From positions 74,462,001 to 74,526,000 of the forward strand of contig NC_043001.1 in the NCBI RefSeq assembly GCF_006345805.1: DNA of 64,000 bases. Reading direction: 5' to 3'. Below are positions 37,585 to 51,723 of this stretch, in pieces. The position numbers were made by a program, and so were the translations under genes. Each line of letters begins with the position of its first letter. Position 1 is the stretch's first letter. Origin of the DNA: Octopus sinensis. Taxonomy: Eukaryota. Below the pieces are notes generated by a model. It made no database searches. It worked only from the letters and a program-made list of their open reading frames with translations, and had not been told where the DNA came from.

Positions 37585-39196
37585 CAGTTGTGGCCAAAAT
37601 GTTCAGAACGGCATTGTTTTCATCAGAAAAGTAGGTACAATTTTTTTATCAAAGTTCTATTCTATAATTTTCACAGACAATAAATATGATATTATTTATT
37701 ATTGTCTGAGATTCTGGTGTAATTTGAGAGGATAATACAAAAGTTATGGATGATTTAGTGATTTACTGCAAAACCCATGGCAGCCAAAATGATCAGAATG
37801 GTTGAAAAAAAATAACAAAATAATAAAAAATGACAGAGAATACTGAAATTATTTAATATTTAGCATGAAGCCCTTTAGCTTCAATCACACTTTGACATCT
37901 TCAACTGCATGAGGAAACTAAATTTTCAATTTCTTGCTGGATGATCTTATTCCATTCTTCCTGAAGGGCATTCCATAATTGCTCAGTTGTTTTAGGATTT
38001 CTGGCTTTCAATAGGATTGAGATCTGGGCTTTGAGCAGGCCAATCCATAACAATAACCTTTTCAGCCTTGAGGAAGTTCATGACCACTTTAGCCTTGTGA
38101 CATTGTCCTGCATGAATATGGGTGGTCGCTTAGTTGAATTTCTCAGCACAGGCAAGACATGATCTTTTATAAGTTGTTTATAAACTCCTGCATTTTACTT
38201 TCCATGTAATCGCACCAAAGGGCCCACACCATCTCCAGATATCATCCCCCAAACCATGACACTTCCTCCACCGAATTTAACACTAGTCTTAAGGCATTTA
38301 GGCAACAATTTTTCACCTACTTTTTGACGAACGTACGTTTTCCCATCTGAGCCAAATAACATAAACTTAGATTCATCACTGAAATGCACCGTTTGCCATT
38401 TTTCTTGAAACCACAACACATGTTCGGTTGCAAAGGTAAGACGACACTTTTTATTCTTGGAGCTGATCAGTGGCTTCACTGCAGGTGCTCTTGCTTGTAG
38501 GTCATGTTCAACTAAACGACGAGACACAGTTTTTCGAGATAAAATTTTCTTTAATACGATGCTCATTTCCCGAGAAACAGCAGCAGCAGTTTTAAATCTG
38601 TCCTTTTTAACCAACTTTACCATAGCACGATCTTCTCTCTTGGTCGTTTTTCTTGGCCTACCTGTAGACTTTCTTGCTTCACACGAACCACAATCATCGT
38701 AGACCTTAAGAATACCATGAACAACACTTTTTGACTTGTTAACAATCTTTAGACACAATTTGACTTGTTAACAATCAATAGACGCAATACTTAAATTATC
38801 CTTCTTTCGAAGCTTAATAATCTGCTGACGAATTGGTAACGGAGTAAGTGGCATTATATAAACAAAGTACACTGCAGATATTCTTACTAATGTTTAGTAA
38901 ACGAACTGTCAAGTAAACAAATTCAAAACATTAGAGTTTGCCGGTTCAATATACTAAAACATGGAGTAAAAGCAACCGTTCTGATCATTTTGGCCGCCAT
39001 GGGTTTTGCAGTAAATCACTAAATCATCCATGACTTTTGTATTATCCTCTCAAATTACACCAAAATCTCAGACAATAACAAATAATATCGTATTTATTGT
39101 CTGTGAAAATTATAGAATATAAAACAAATTTGGTAAAAAACTGTACCTACTTTTCTGACGAAAACAATGCCGTTCTGAACATTTTGGCCGCAACTG
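37585..39196 (-). mobile_element. Tc1-like (DD34E) transposon with ~220-bp IR/DR-type TIRs
   Basis: TA target site; TIRs 37585-37804 and 38973-39196. Transposase 38854 to 37853 (HFSDES, FMQDN, SPDLNPIE) is disrupted by a 29-bp tandem duplication near 38731-38788, deletions and stops. Confidence 0.95.
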
Positions 39197-39946
39197 TATA
39201 TATATATATATATATACAATAGGTGATACAACAATGAAGAATATCAATTCATATCTCTTTTGTTATCAGATTTTTATATTGTCTTTCAATCATAATAACA
39301 ATAATAATGATCAATAAAAGGAAGACAGAAAGAAGATGCATATATCATTTGTGTTTATATGTGTTAGTGTGCATATGTGTGTGTGTATATATATATGTAT
39401 GTATATAAGTTATTATAGCATAATCAATGTTTGAAATTGACTAACAACAACAATACATAGATATTCACATCATTGTAAATATATCTTGAGGAATTTCATA
39501 GAAAATATTTACTGCAATCACACAGAATCAAAAAAAATATATGCATATATTCATGTGTGTATAAGAGAAAAAAATGTACACCTAAACACTAAGTGTATAT
39601 ATGTGTGTATATATATATATATAAGACCTTGTTAGAGAAAAGGATTTGTAAAAGAAAAATTGACACATACAAAAAATGGATATTATAAAATATATACTGG
39701 GTATAACAGTATTTTTAGTTAGTTTTATGTTAAGAATATAGCACTAAAAAACTAATTGCATTGGAGAACCAGTAAGGCTTTTCTTATGTATTTTTGGGAG
39801 TTGTCACCAATAAACAAAAAGTATGCAAGATTTATAAGTTGAACAGTTTTAATAAATATCTAAATCTGTCATGGGGCTCAAATAGCAAGAGACAAGAGAT
39901 GGAGCTAGTATAGCAAATAACATGAGATCAAGAGAAATAAACTGTT

Positions 39947-40160
39947 CATTATTTACATTTGACTGATATTTGTCCTCATCTTGTTTGTTTTGGCTGATAT
40001 ATCCTCCAGCCTTCATCAGGTATCTTGGGGGAAATTTCAAACCTGGGTTCTCATTCTTAAGATATTTTTCGATGTTATTATTATTATTCAGGTCACTGCT
40101 TGGAAGCAAACTCAGAATCTTGGGGTTAGTAGCCCACACTCTTAACCACTATGCCATATA
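39947..40160 (-). mobile_element. tRNA-headed SINE, family D, whose tail carries a hammerhead-ribozyme motif
   Basis: Minus strand: A-box TGGCATAGTGG, cloverleaf-like head with degenerate B-box, (AAT)n linker, then CTGATGA-A-GGCTG...CAGCC-AAAAC. An inverted copy of the tail abuts at 40161-40280. Confidence 0.75.
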
Positions 40161-42866
40161 CCAAGCCACCTGATGAAGGCTGGAAGGTGTATCAGCCAAA
40201 ACGTTGTGTTAACAACAAGATGAGGACAAATATCCATCAAATGTAAATAATGTACATAATTCCTCATCTCTTAAATATAGAACTGTTGTTTAGATCAGAA
40301 GCAACCTTAAACTAGCAAACCTATAGGCAAAAAGGTTTCAACAATCACCATTCTGTCTATTTGTATATCAAGGAATTTATTGTTCACTGCGTCCTTTTTT
40401 TAAGATGGTAGGGTGTAATTTAAGAGAGATGTGGTTTCTGTTTCTATTAAGTCAAGCAACAACATTGAGACTCTGCCAAGAAACTGAAATTCATTATGGT
40501 GATTTGTTCTATTATATTGATATTAGAATATATATAAGCCACACTGCAGCAGTATTAAAGACAGATTGTTTCAAAGGATTGGTTCAGGAAGAGGCTTTGG
40601 ATGTTGTTTAACTTCAGCTCAGTTCTAATCTATCAGATCAATGACTAATAATATTTGAGCAGTAATCAAATCAATGATATTCCAACAATAATCATAGCAC
40701 TGACCAATGGTATTGCAGCTGAACTGTAGCCAAATGCAGTCCAGCAAGGATCATGTTTTTCTGACAACAACAGTATCAACTAGATAGTTGGATGAGATTT
40801 AAAGGAAGTTTGGCTGCTATTTCTAGCAAGATGAAAGACTAAACAGATAATACTCTCTTATTAGTTTTTTTTTTATTAATTGTAAATCCATGTCACAAAA
40901 TACATAGACTGGGTCAAATCGATGAGCTAAAGGTGTTTTAGTCAGCTTGTATGTTTAAACTAAAAAAAATATATATATTGATTAGAAAAACAAAATCAAT
41001 GATCCTGTGAATAGACATGTGTGAAGGCATCATTTGCTGTTTAGAATAATACTTTAGAGGATAAACAGAAACATATCATTCAAAGTTAATCATATTTAAT
41101 AGGGAAAATTAGGCATCAGAATTGTTTAATTTGGAATAAAATTGTAGTGCTTCTTTTTTAATCTGTACTTCTCTGTGATTTTTTATTACATTGCTTCCTT
41201 ACTTTTTGAAGGAGGAATGGTGAAGGGACTCTTGTCTCAATTTTTAATGTGACTAATTAAATTATTGACAACCAATTGTAAATCAATATAATTTTGAGTT
41301 CATTCTTAGTGGTGTATACATTAGTATATGTGCACATAGTTACATGGTTGTAGATACAAATGAGGATATATTTGAGTGTGTGTATACACATGTATATATG
41401 TGTGTGTATGCATATATATAGAGAGAGAGAGAGACACATATGTGTATTTATAATTATGTATGCACATAGTTGTTGATACAAATGAAAATACATACAAATG
41501 ATTATGTGTGTATATGTATGTACACATTTATGTGTGTATGTATACATACACACACACAGGAATCTTAAATATCGTTGTAAACACTTTGATGAAGGAATAC
41601 ATTTTTTTTTGAAAGAACATAGGGTAAAAGTTAAGAGGTATAATTAGAATTACCAACCCTATAGCAATGAGGCATCACATGAGAATATGAGATTTGGGCA
41701 AAATATAGAGTCTATATTTGCTTTCTTCATATAAAAGTTTTCACTTGTTAGTCTGGGTTGAAAAAAAAACTTCAGTTAGAAACGTTTCTTGGTAAGAGCT
41801 TTACTGATAAAATTATGTAGTCTATGGAAATACATCTGTGCACATTAAATCATGCGCATGTGTACACATAAACACGTGTATGCGAGTGTGAATGTGTGTG
41901 TGCGTGTATAATAATAATCATGTAATGTCCACCTTCCATGCTGGCATGGGCTGGACGGTTTGATAGGACCCTGCATCAGACTTTTGTGTCTGTTTTGGCA
42001 GGGTTTTTACAGTTAGATGTCCTTCTTACATATCTGTTAGTGGTCCATATGTCAGAAAAAAATCCTCACTAAAAGAGAAATTGAGCAGTTTTACATTTAT
42101 ATTGTTGAGCACTATATTCCTAGTTATGACATGTCGTCAATCAGAAAGTTACCAATTGTTGTTGTTGTTGTGTGTGTGTATGCACACACACACACACACA
42201 CATTGGTTATGTCATAAGAATTTAGAAAATTCAACATTTTCTATCCAAAGGGCTTTTTAACCCAATATTTACATTCTATTATTTATAGCTTTATCAACTT
42301 CGAGTTAAACTGTTAAGAACTATGTGTGTGTGTGTGTGTGACTTATATGAAATTTTAAAATACAGTGATATATAATATTTGCCAGAATATACAAAACAGA
42401 TGAATAACACAACAATAATAAAAACTTTTAGATGCAATAAAGATTAAATAAATTGTAGGATTTGAATGAAAGTGTTTCTTGATAAAAGAAAGCTTCTTTA
42501 CCATGTTGTCTCATACAGAAAACATTAAAACAAAAGCAACAAAAAAACTCAAAAAGATGCAAACAACAGAATATTTGTTTGGATTAAAGGGTAGTTTTAG
42601 GAGAGTCAGATCCTTCTGGAAGGTTATGGACAGATTAATTGCTAAAACTAATTAACCTTTTGCCTGTCTTGTGCATCACATGTGACACACACGGCATATT
42701 ACCCTTGCATCCATGTGTCTTTTCAAGTGCCAGACTAACTTGAAACTTATAAAAGAGAAGCTTTATATTACTCTGCATATATGAAACAAGGGGGCTAAAT
42801 AAAAGTCTGAAAACAAGGATGGACATTCAGGACACACTAATGAAAATGCTTTGGACAGGTAAGAGA

Positions 42867-43146
42867 TTGTAGCGTAACCTATATCCCACTGTTTGAGAGA
42901 TATATTAGAAATTATCACGTGTTAGATAACAACCATCTTTGGCTATTTTGACCCTGTTGTGTTCACTGCTCTGATTGGTTGGCATTTGGTGCAGTTTGTC
43001 TTTTGACTTATTTTGCACCAATGTGTAAGCCAACCAATCAGAGCAGTCGACACAACAGGGTCAAAATAGCCAAAGATGGTTGTTATCTAACACAAGATCA
43101 TTTTTAATATATCTCTCAAACAGTGAGGATATCAGCTATACTACAA
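42867..43146. repeat. Foldback element (core 42887-43125)
   Basis: Perfect paired blocks of 21 bp (42887-42907/43105-43125), 44 bp (42919-42962/43050-43093) and 19 bp (42965-42983/43029-43047). Confidence 0.95.
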
Positions 43147-46100
43147 GATTAATAAGTGAGTAAATGAGAGGGTCTTGACATGGTCATTCAACTAAACAAC
43201 TTTCTCAAATAGCAAACACTATTCTCTTAAATAAAGAAAGAGTACTTTTGATGAAATAATTCTGAATGTTTGGAGTGCCACAGCTAAAATGCTTTTTGAT
43301 CATAGATCTGCTCAATCAGGACAAAAATGAGGCTAAACAACAACAGTATCAACTAGATAATACTTAAGATAATGTTGTATTAAATACATGAAGTTTGAAT
43401 AAAAAATGTGACAGTCATGGCTGGATTGCCCTTTGATCATAATTCTATTTAATCAGATTTCCAATTCTGACACAAGGCCAACAGTTTTGGGGGAGGGGGA
43501 AAGTCACATTGACTCCAATGTTCAACTGGTATTTATTTTATTAACCCCCAAATGGGTGAAAGTTGACATCAGCAGAATTTGAACTCAGAGTGTAAAGACA
43601 GAAGAAATGCTGTTTAGCATTTTGTCAGGTGCGATAGTGATTCTACCAGTTCACTGTTTTCCTAAGGCTAAATAATAACAATGAAACCAATTAAAATTAA
43701 ATAAAATATAACATAGCAGGTAACAAAATAAAGCAAATTTTAAAAGTTTATAAGGTTAATTGCAATTCTCTAAAATGATACAAAATTTAATTTTAGATGA
43801 GAAACAGAGTGGGTACCATAATGAGGATGTTAAACTACTGAAAGGGAACATTAAACAAATTATTGTTTGTTTATCAATCATTACATTCACCTCTATTCCC
43901 ATTTCCAACTGTCTGTTACTTTCCTAACATACTCTTACAAAACAACCCTTCTCCGTCCCCACTGAACCACTGTTTGTATTTTTTCTTATGCTTACCTTCT
44001 TGAGAGTTTGCCCTGGCTTCCAATCACTACCATCTTATCTTCTTCCCAGCTACTCTGGTCTACCACTATATAGTATGGAGTAGCTATGTATCTCCTCTAT
44101 AGCAAGTCACTTGTGCTTGTCCCTCTATCATGCTTTAGTCTCTCAAACCTAGCATAAAGACATCTCTTCCCAAATACTCACCCACTCACACTTAGTCAAG
44201 GAAGCTTTTCTTTTCAGCTTCCAGCCCTTTTCCCCCCTATTGCAAGTTATTTGGTGACCTCCTAGAACTGATGGCATGAGAAAAGCACCAAGTACAAGTT
44301 GTAAAGTGGTTGGCATAAGGAAAGGCATCCAGCCATGGAAGCCACAATGAAGCTGACATTGGAGCTTGATGCAACCCTGTTGCTTGCTGGATCCTATCGA
44401 ATTGTCCAAGTCATGCCAGCATGGAAAACAAACATTAAATGATAAGGATGGTATTGTTGTTTAGTTTAAGGTCAGACTTAATCCAACAGATCAACAGTGT
44501 TCCTGTCATGACCATCCCTCCCCATGTACCTAAAACTACATCATGTATTGTGACCTTTAGCAGGGTGTGATTTGAGGGAAATGTTACAGATCATGTGACT
44601 CTGTAGAGACTTCCTTATTGGCTTGAATTCAACCAAGTCATTAACATTGTCTGACTTCGGCTTAATTAGTCAAATCATCAGTATTTCATTTTGTGTCTGG
44701 CAAAGACATTTAATGCTAAAAGACCCACTCTTCACAGCCATCGCCACCCTAAACAGACATTATGAAAACCGTAGGCAATGGGAGTACTATATGATTATGG
44801 TGATAGTTAAACATGCTTCATTCTCACATAGGAGTGGGGAACATACTATACATGGAGATAGTACTCAACCATATAAAACTGGGAAAACTCTGATACACCT
44901 CACTTTATGTGTAAGATTAGTCTCAGAGGCAGTTAACTTTCTTTCCCAGCAAAATCATGAACATTCTCACACTCTACTGTTGCATTGATTAATCACAACA
45001 ATTGATATAAATACCATTTAAATGTTGAAAATAAGATATGTACTTGTCTGGCAAGTGAATTGATCCAAGAGTGTTGAAACTAAACCAATTACAGCATGAA
45101 AGATACATTTTAGCAGTTCACAACACGTTAACATCACTTAAACATTTATTATTTGGTGTTAGTGACTAGGTCGCAGCTGATGCAATGAAGAGTTTAATAC
45201 AAAATAACAAAGGTTTCAGTAAAGTTAAGTCTTTGGGTATTTTTGAATGGTTAATATGTGTTCCCCATATTGTAATTGTTAAAATATAAGGTGTTAATTT
45301 TAGAGTATGTTTATAAATAGCAACAGAACATTTACTGATAGGATGACTCTATTCTAAGAATAGAATCAAATTTATTTTGAAGATCAAATTGACTAGGATT
45401 TCTCAATAAATACTACATGTATATATATATCATCTCATTAATATGTCATACACATAGAATATTTACAATTTCTCCTTTTTTTCATTCCATTCAGAGATAC
45501 CAAACCAACACATCAAAATAACACACACACACACACTCTCTCTAATTACACACATGCATATACAGTTTATCAGTAAACACTTTACTAAAACTGATTACTA
45601 GTAATTAAGTGGGGAAAAAAATCATGTGGAATGATTATCAACCCCCACTCCCCCCACAAGACATTGTAAAAGACAGTTTTGGTTACACAATATCATCAAG
45701 CAGATCTAGATAAATACAATCAGCAGTGCTGCTACCCCTACATACACACACACTTGTTACAGTCTTAAAAGCTGTAATAAAACAATTTGTCCAGAAACCT
45801 GTGAAAATGTGTATTGAAGATGTAATTATTATTTAAATGTTGGATACACTATTTTCATCTTTATTACTTTCCACCATTTTCATATATAGATAGAATGTAA
45901 CAGTTATTTAAGCAAGTGACATTATCCAGGTTTATCTTATGATTTGTATACCTTGTTTCAATATTTCAATGAATTGCTGTTTGCGATCACTATAATTGTT
46001 ATAGCAATATCTGCCACACTGTAATATGGTTTTAAGAAAGAAACACAAAAACAAAAAGAATGTATACTTTAGACCAGTATTTCTCAGTGTTTCTGACTTC

Positions 46101-46432
46101 ATAGCTCACTGGAGATCAAACAAAAAAAAATTACTCCTGAATTTTGAATAAAAAGTTAATGGTTAATGATCCACTTCACATGGGAAGTTTAAAAAAATGA
46201 CTGTTTTTAAACAGCATGCAGCAAAAATAAATAAAAAAAAATATTTTTACTATTATTGATAAACATTCCAATAGCAAATGCATAGTGTATACCAAGCCAA
46301 ACCATGATGGTACCCCAAGCAAAGTGACAAAACATTAGCTATATGAAGACACCATTACTGTCTGTTTAACTTTACTGGTACCATATTGATGGTTATATAA
46401 AATGAGAAGTTGTCCTGCTGCATCCTGTATGG

Positions 46433-46469
<37 letters not shown>

Positions 46470-49400
46470 GGTGTGGTAAAAAACCTCCTGTGTTCCCTAT
46501 TCTTGATAAGTTTCAATAGCAAACACTTGGTATGCATCAGTTCAAACTGTGTTGGTAAATGAAACAAAACAATAAAACATTGCTTACATGAAGACAATGT
46601 TATCACCTACCTACCTTTAAAAGTACTACATCAATGGCTGTGTAAAATAAGGGTGGTTATTCTGCCACAGCTTGTATTTTGACATTTAGGAATATATTGT
46701 TGAAAACTATCCTTTTACCTTGTTTTGTCACCGATACTTGTGCATATATAAATTACAAATAATGTTTTTTGTTTTTTAGTTACTCAAGTATTAGTGTGGG
46801 CTCTCTACATCCACATATGTTTTTTAAAAATCCACAGCACACTTTGATACTCTTGTGAGCTGAAGAACATCACATGAGTACCACTGTTTTGTAAAGACAT
46901 GAAAGATTTTTTGAGGGAATATTTTTGAACCGTTGTTAGAATTATTTCTGAGTCAGCATTAAAAGCAGAGAGCCCCAATAATGGAATGCAATTAATTATG
47001 TACACATAAGTTAATGTATTGATGAAAGGAATAAGGTACAGATTGTTTATAAATCAAAGAACCTAAAATTAAAATAATCTGGACAAAAATCTATAAAGAT
47101 TTGAGTAGCAAAAAAAAAAGACTTTCAAATAATTATTTTGCAGTTACTTTGAAACTATATAAAAAAAATATGATCTTAATACAGAATTATTTTAACCTTT
47201 TAGTTCCCCTCTTCTCTCTCTCTCTTCTACTTTCTTATCCAACTGGGGTAGCCATGTATCTCCTCTACTACAGAACACCTGAAACTGTCCTTTTATCATG
47301 CTTTAAGCTCTAATCACCTGGCATAAAACCACCTCTCTTAATACTACTTTCCCTGCCTCACATGAAGGGCCTTTGTCTTGTGAGTTACTTGGTGACCTCA
47401 CTAGAGTTGGTGTTACATAAAAAGCACCCAGTACGCACTGCAGTGATTGGCATTAGGAAAAGCATCCGACTGTAGAAACCATGCCAAAACAGATATTGAA
47501 GCTTGGCAGCCCCTGTCAAACCATCCATCCTATGCCAGCATGGAAAATGGATGTTAGATGGTGATGATGATGACAGTCATTAGTCCAGAGGGAAGATTGT
47601 GATCATCCGCCTTTATAGGGCCTCCAAAACTTGTAAGAAGGTGCAAGAATGGTATATTCAAATTGAAGACCTTGTCTGAATGAATGGGCTTTTCTACAAG
47701 TACATAAGGTGCCAGGTGGTGGTGTTAAGCCAGGCAATGGATTAAGTCAACCTCCCAGGATTTGAACTCAGAATGCAAAAAGCTGTGATACAGCAAGGCA
47801 GCATCTAGTCTGACATTTATTTCAGTTACCAATCTACTACACAGGATTGGTACTTTATAATCCACCCTTAAAGGATTAAAGGCAAAGTTGACCTCAGTGG
47901 AATTTGAACTCAAAGTATTACAAATACTACAAGACATTCTATCTGATGATTTCATAATTCTGTGAAGTCACTGCCTAAACAACATAGACAAAACACTAAC
48001 AAAATACAAACAAAATACCTTGAAATATGAATATGTTAAAACTTGATGCCTGCAACTAAAATAGCCATTTGTATATCATACTAAATGTATACATACCTGA
48101 CAAGCAAGATATTGCAGTTTGTATCTAAGATGAAATCTTTTACAGATATGCTATGTTAAAAGCATAATATATATTAGAGGAAGACGAAAAAAAAAATTTT
48201 CCTGGAAATAGCTGGCAAGAATGCCAGAAGCATTTCAACCTTCTTGGGTTTTACCAATTATGTGTACTCACAGCCACATGCCTAAAGGAAATTTGTTGCT
48301 TCTGATATATAGGAAACAATGACTAACACACACATTGACATTGCGAACAGCTACCAGGGTGAATAAAAACTGTGTGTATAGAATTAAAATTGCATTTAAT
48401 TAAAATAATCATCTGTGTAATATACTTAATGTATATATATACCTCATTGACAGGAAATGTGCTATAGTTTTCCTCTAGGATAAAATCTATTTTAAATATG
48501 CTATGTTAAGAATACAATATACATCAAAGGGAGATAAAAAAATCATTCTGGCAACAGCTTTTGTGCCTTTAACATGTCTACATAGGTTTGTCTCATGTAA
48601 AAACTGCAGCATCTTATTACTCAGTGGTGAATATATATATATATTAAGTATGATACATGTATGTTTATTACAAATAAATTACTCTAAAATTGGGGTCTCT
48701 CACTAGTAATGCTCCATATTTCTGAGAAATTCAGAGAAAAAGAGGTGTATTGTTTAAAATTTCATTCTACATTTCATGAGTATAATAAAAACAGAAATCC
48801 ATAATTGGAACATTGAAGATACAAAGATAATGAAAAGGTTGTTGAAAAGGAAATCACAAACTCTTAAAGAAAAACAGGAATATACAAATAAAGAAAATCA
48901 GTAGTGTTTGAAAGACAAAACAATGTACAAGGTGATAGGTATGAACTGTAACAGTGAACTACATCAAGTTGGGGTGGGGTAAAGTGTCACCACCAAATCT
49001 TGGTAAACATCACAATTAGGAGATATTAAAAATTTAAATATAAAAAAAATTATCTCCACCATTTTTTTTTTGTAAATAAAAAATAGGTAATTGGTTGCAA
49101 AGAACAATTATTTAAGCCTGTACAATATTGTAATAACATTTGATTTTTATAAATTTTTCATCACCAATAAGTAAAGTAGATGTCAATAAGGGTGTTACTT
49201 TAGTATTAAACAAGAACAAGACAAAAGGTTTTACCCCCACTACCAAATTGAGCATAAGATTATCTTATATACATATTTATTTGATTTGAAAACATTTGAT
49301 TCAATTTCTCAAAGTAAAATTCTGGCTCAAGACCAGTAATTTTTGGGGAGGGGCTCAATCAAATACATCAACTCCAGTGCTCAACTGATACTTATTTAAT

Positions 49401-50580
49401 TGACCCTGGAAAGATGAGAGGTAAAGTCAACCTTGGTGGAAATTGAACTCAAAATGTACAGACAGACAAAATGCCACTAAGCATTTTGCCCAATGTGCTA
49501 ATGATTCTGCCAGCTTGCTGCCTTTATGATAATAATAATTATCATCACCATTTAACATCTGTCTTTTATGATGATGATGATAATAATAATAATAATAATA
49601 ATATAATAATAATAATCCTTTCTACTATAGGCACAAGACCTGAAATTTGAGGGAGGGGACTAGTCGACTATATTGACTCCAGTGTTTTACTGGTACTTAT
49701 TTAATCAACCCTGAAAGGATGAAAGGCAAAGTCAACCTTCACAGAATTTGATCACAGAACATAAGGACAGACGAAATGCTGCTAAGCATTTTGCCCGGCA
49801 GGCTAACAATTCTGCCAGCTCACCGCCTTAGTAATAATAAATAATAATAATAATAATAATGATAATAATAATAATAATAATAATGATATGTGTGTGTATG
49901 TATATATATGGTACATAATGATATATAAGTGTATATGTGCGTGTGTGTGTCTACAGATTTTTTTTTTGCATATTTACTTTTTTATTTATTCCAGTCATTA
50001 GACTGTGGCTATGCTGAAGCATTGCCTTGAAGATTTTTAGTTGAACGACTTGACATACATGTTACTCTTTTACTTGATTCAGTCATTAGACTGTGAGTGT
50101 ACTGGGGCACCACCTTGTAGAATTTCATTTTTTAAAGCTTGGTACTTATTTCATTGGTATCAGCTGCCAAACCACTAAGTAATGAAAGAAGATTTAAGAC
50201 CAATGGAAAAAAGATGTTATTTTTTACTGGTTCCAACCAACAGGTTATGGCTATGTAAGGGCACAGCCATTTTATCAAAGATGACTTAGACAATTTTGGA
50301 TGAATATATATTAATGTAGATGTAACACTCAACAGATCCTTGATGTAAGTAGATAAGAAACAAGAAAAACTACATTTGGTTGAGGGCACAAATGACAGTT
50401 TAGCACAGAATTTGAAGACATCTATAACATAAAAATATTTAATATGACTTCAAAGTATATCATAAAAATACTACATAAGAAAAAAAAATCCATAGATTAA
50501 AAATCTGAAAAACAAGAAGAAAAAAAACTCACTGGAAACATATAATATTTGACAAAGAGTTGTACAATTATTTCTCATAA

Positions 50581-50785
50581 CCCTTTAGCACTCAGATTAC
50601 TATATCAAATGTGATGCTTATTAATTCATATTGTTTTCAATTAATCATGCATAATCTTGTAGCTTTAAGATTTTGATAATGTGACTGGTCTTTTTTTTTA
50701 CAACAACATTGCAGGGTAGGTGTGAGGGGCTAGATCTGGCCAGTTTGAACATAAAACAGGTAGAATAGGTCTAAGGGCTAAAGGG
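50581..50785. mobile_element. MITE homologous to 603-821 (opposite orientation)
   Basis: CCCTTTAGC...GCTAAAGGG|TTAA; the interior is the reverse complement of 603-821 (e.g. ctagatctggccagtttgaa). Confidence 0.7.
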
Positions 50786-51686
50786 TTAAAGTTATATTCA
50801 ACAGTTTGTACAGTAAAAGTTATTTTATAAATTTATAAAACACAACCAGAATGGTTAATAGGAAAAGAAAACAGGGAAAGTGAGAAAGAGAGAGAAAGAA
50901 AAAGAGAGACGGTAGCTTAAGAAAATTTCTGGGTTTTGATCCCTGAACTTCAAATCTTTGTCTTCTTGACCTCTAATTCCTGCAGGAAAGGAATCAGAGG
51001 TCAGGAGTAATGTTCTTTTGATGAGTCATAGAAGGAATCTGATTAAGACATTATAATTAATCTCATCAGGAGTTTAGTCTGTTAAGGGTGTATCTATGGT
51101 CATATGTATGGTTATGTGATTAAGAAATTTGCACAGCAACTATGTGGCTTTAGGGTTTACGTAATACTGCAGGGTACCTTGGACAGTTGTCTTCTACTCT
51201 AGCCTCAATCACAGATATGTAAGTAAAAATTTGGAAGACTGTGAAAATCATGGAAGTCTGTGAAAAGATCTGTTCTGATTCTGAGATGATAGGTTTAACA
51301 TATAACCTGGTTTAACTCTGAGGGTAGAGACCTGATCCCTTCCACCTACCTGTCCTGAAAAAGGGACTGAGGACACTATCTCCTTTCCCTTTTTTATATC
51401 ATTCCAAGACTGATATTTTGTGACAAATAGGTAATACTAAAAATAATGAGTTTGATGTGGCCAATAACTAATTAATGGCTTCTAATTTAGGCACAAGGCC
51501 AACAATTTTGAGGGGAGGGTGTTACTTTATTTCATTGACCTCTGAAAGGATGAGAGGCAAAGTTGCTCTCAGTGGAATTTGAACTTAAATAGCTGAAAGA
51601 AATGTCACTAAGCATTTTGTCCAATGCATTAACAATTCTGCCAGCTTACTACTTTAATAATAATAATGATAACGATAATAATAATG

Positions 51687-51723
<37 letters not shown>

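Noticed and set aside
44645-44685. Minus-strand CUGAUGA...CGAAGUC resembling the 21582 motif
   Set aside because: GAAA and stem III are missing and stem II does not pair; could be chance.
44623-44988. 121-aa ORF in apparently unique intergenic DNA
   Set aside because: Non-ATG start, no domain similarity, no splice context.
50964-51006. 18-bp hairpin with 7-nt loop
   Set aside because: Too short for a pre-miRNA, with no basal extension; expected occasionally by chance.
51020-51075. Minus-strand CUGAUGA followed by a GATTAA/TTAATC stem
   Set aside because: No GAAA box after the stem and no stem I partner; not a hammerhead.
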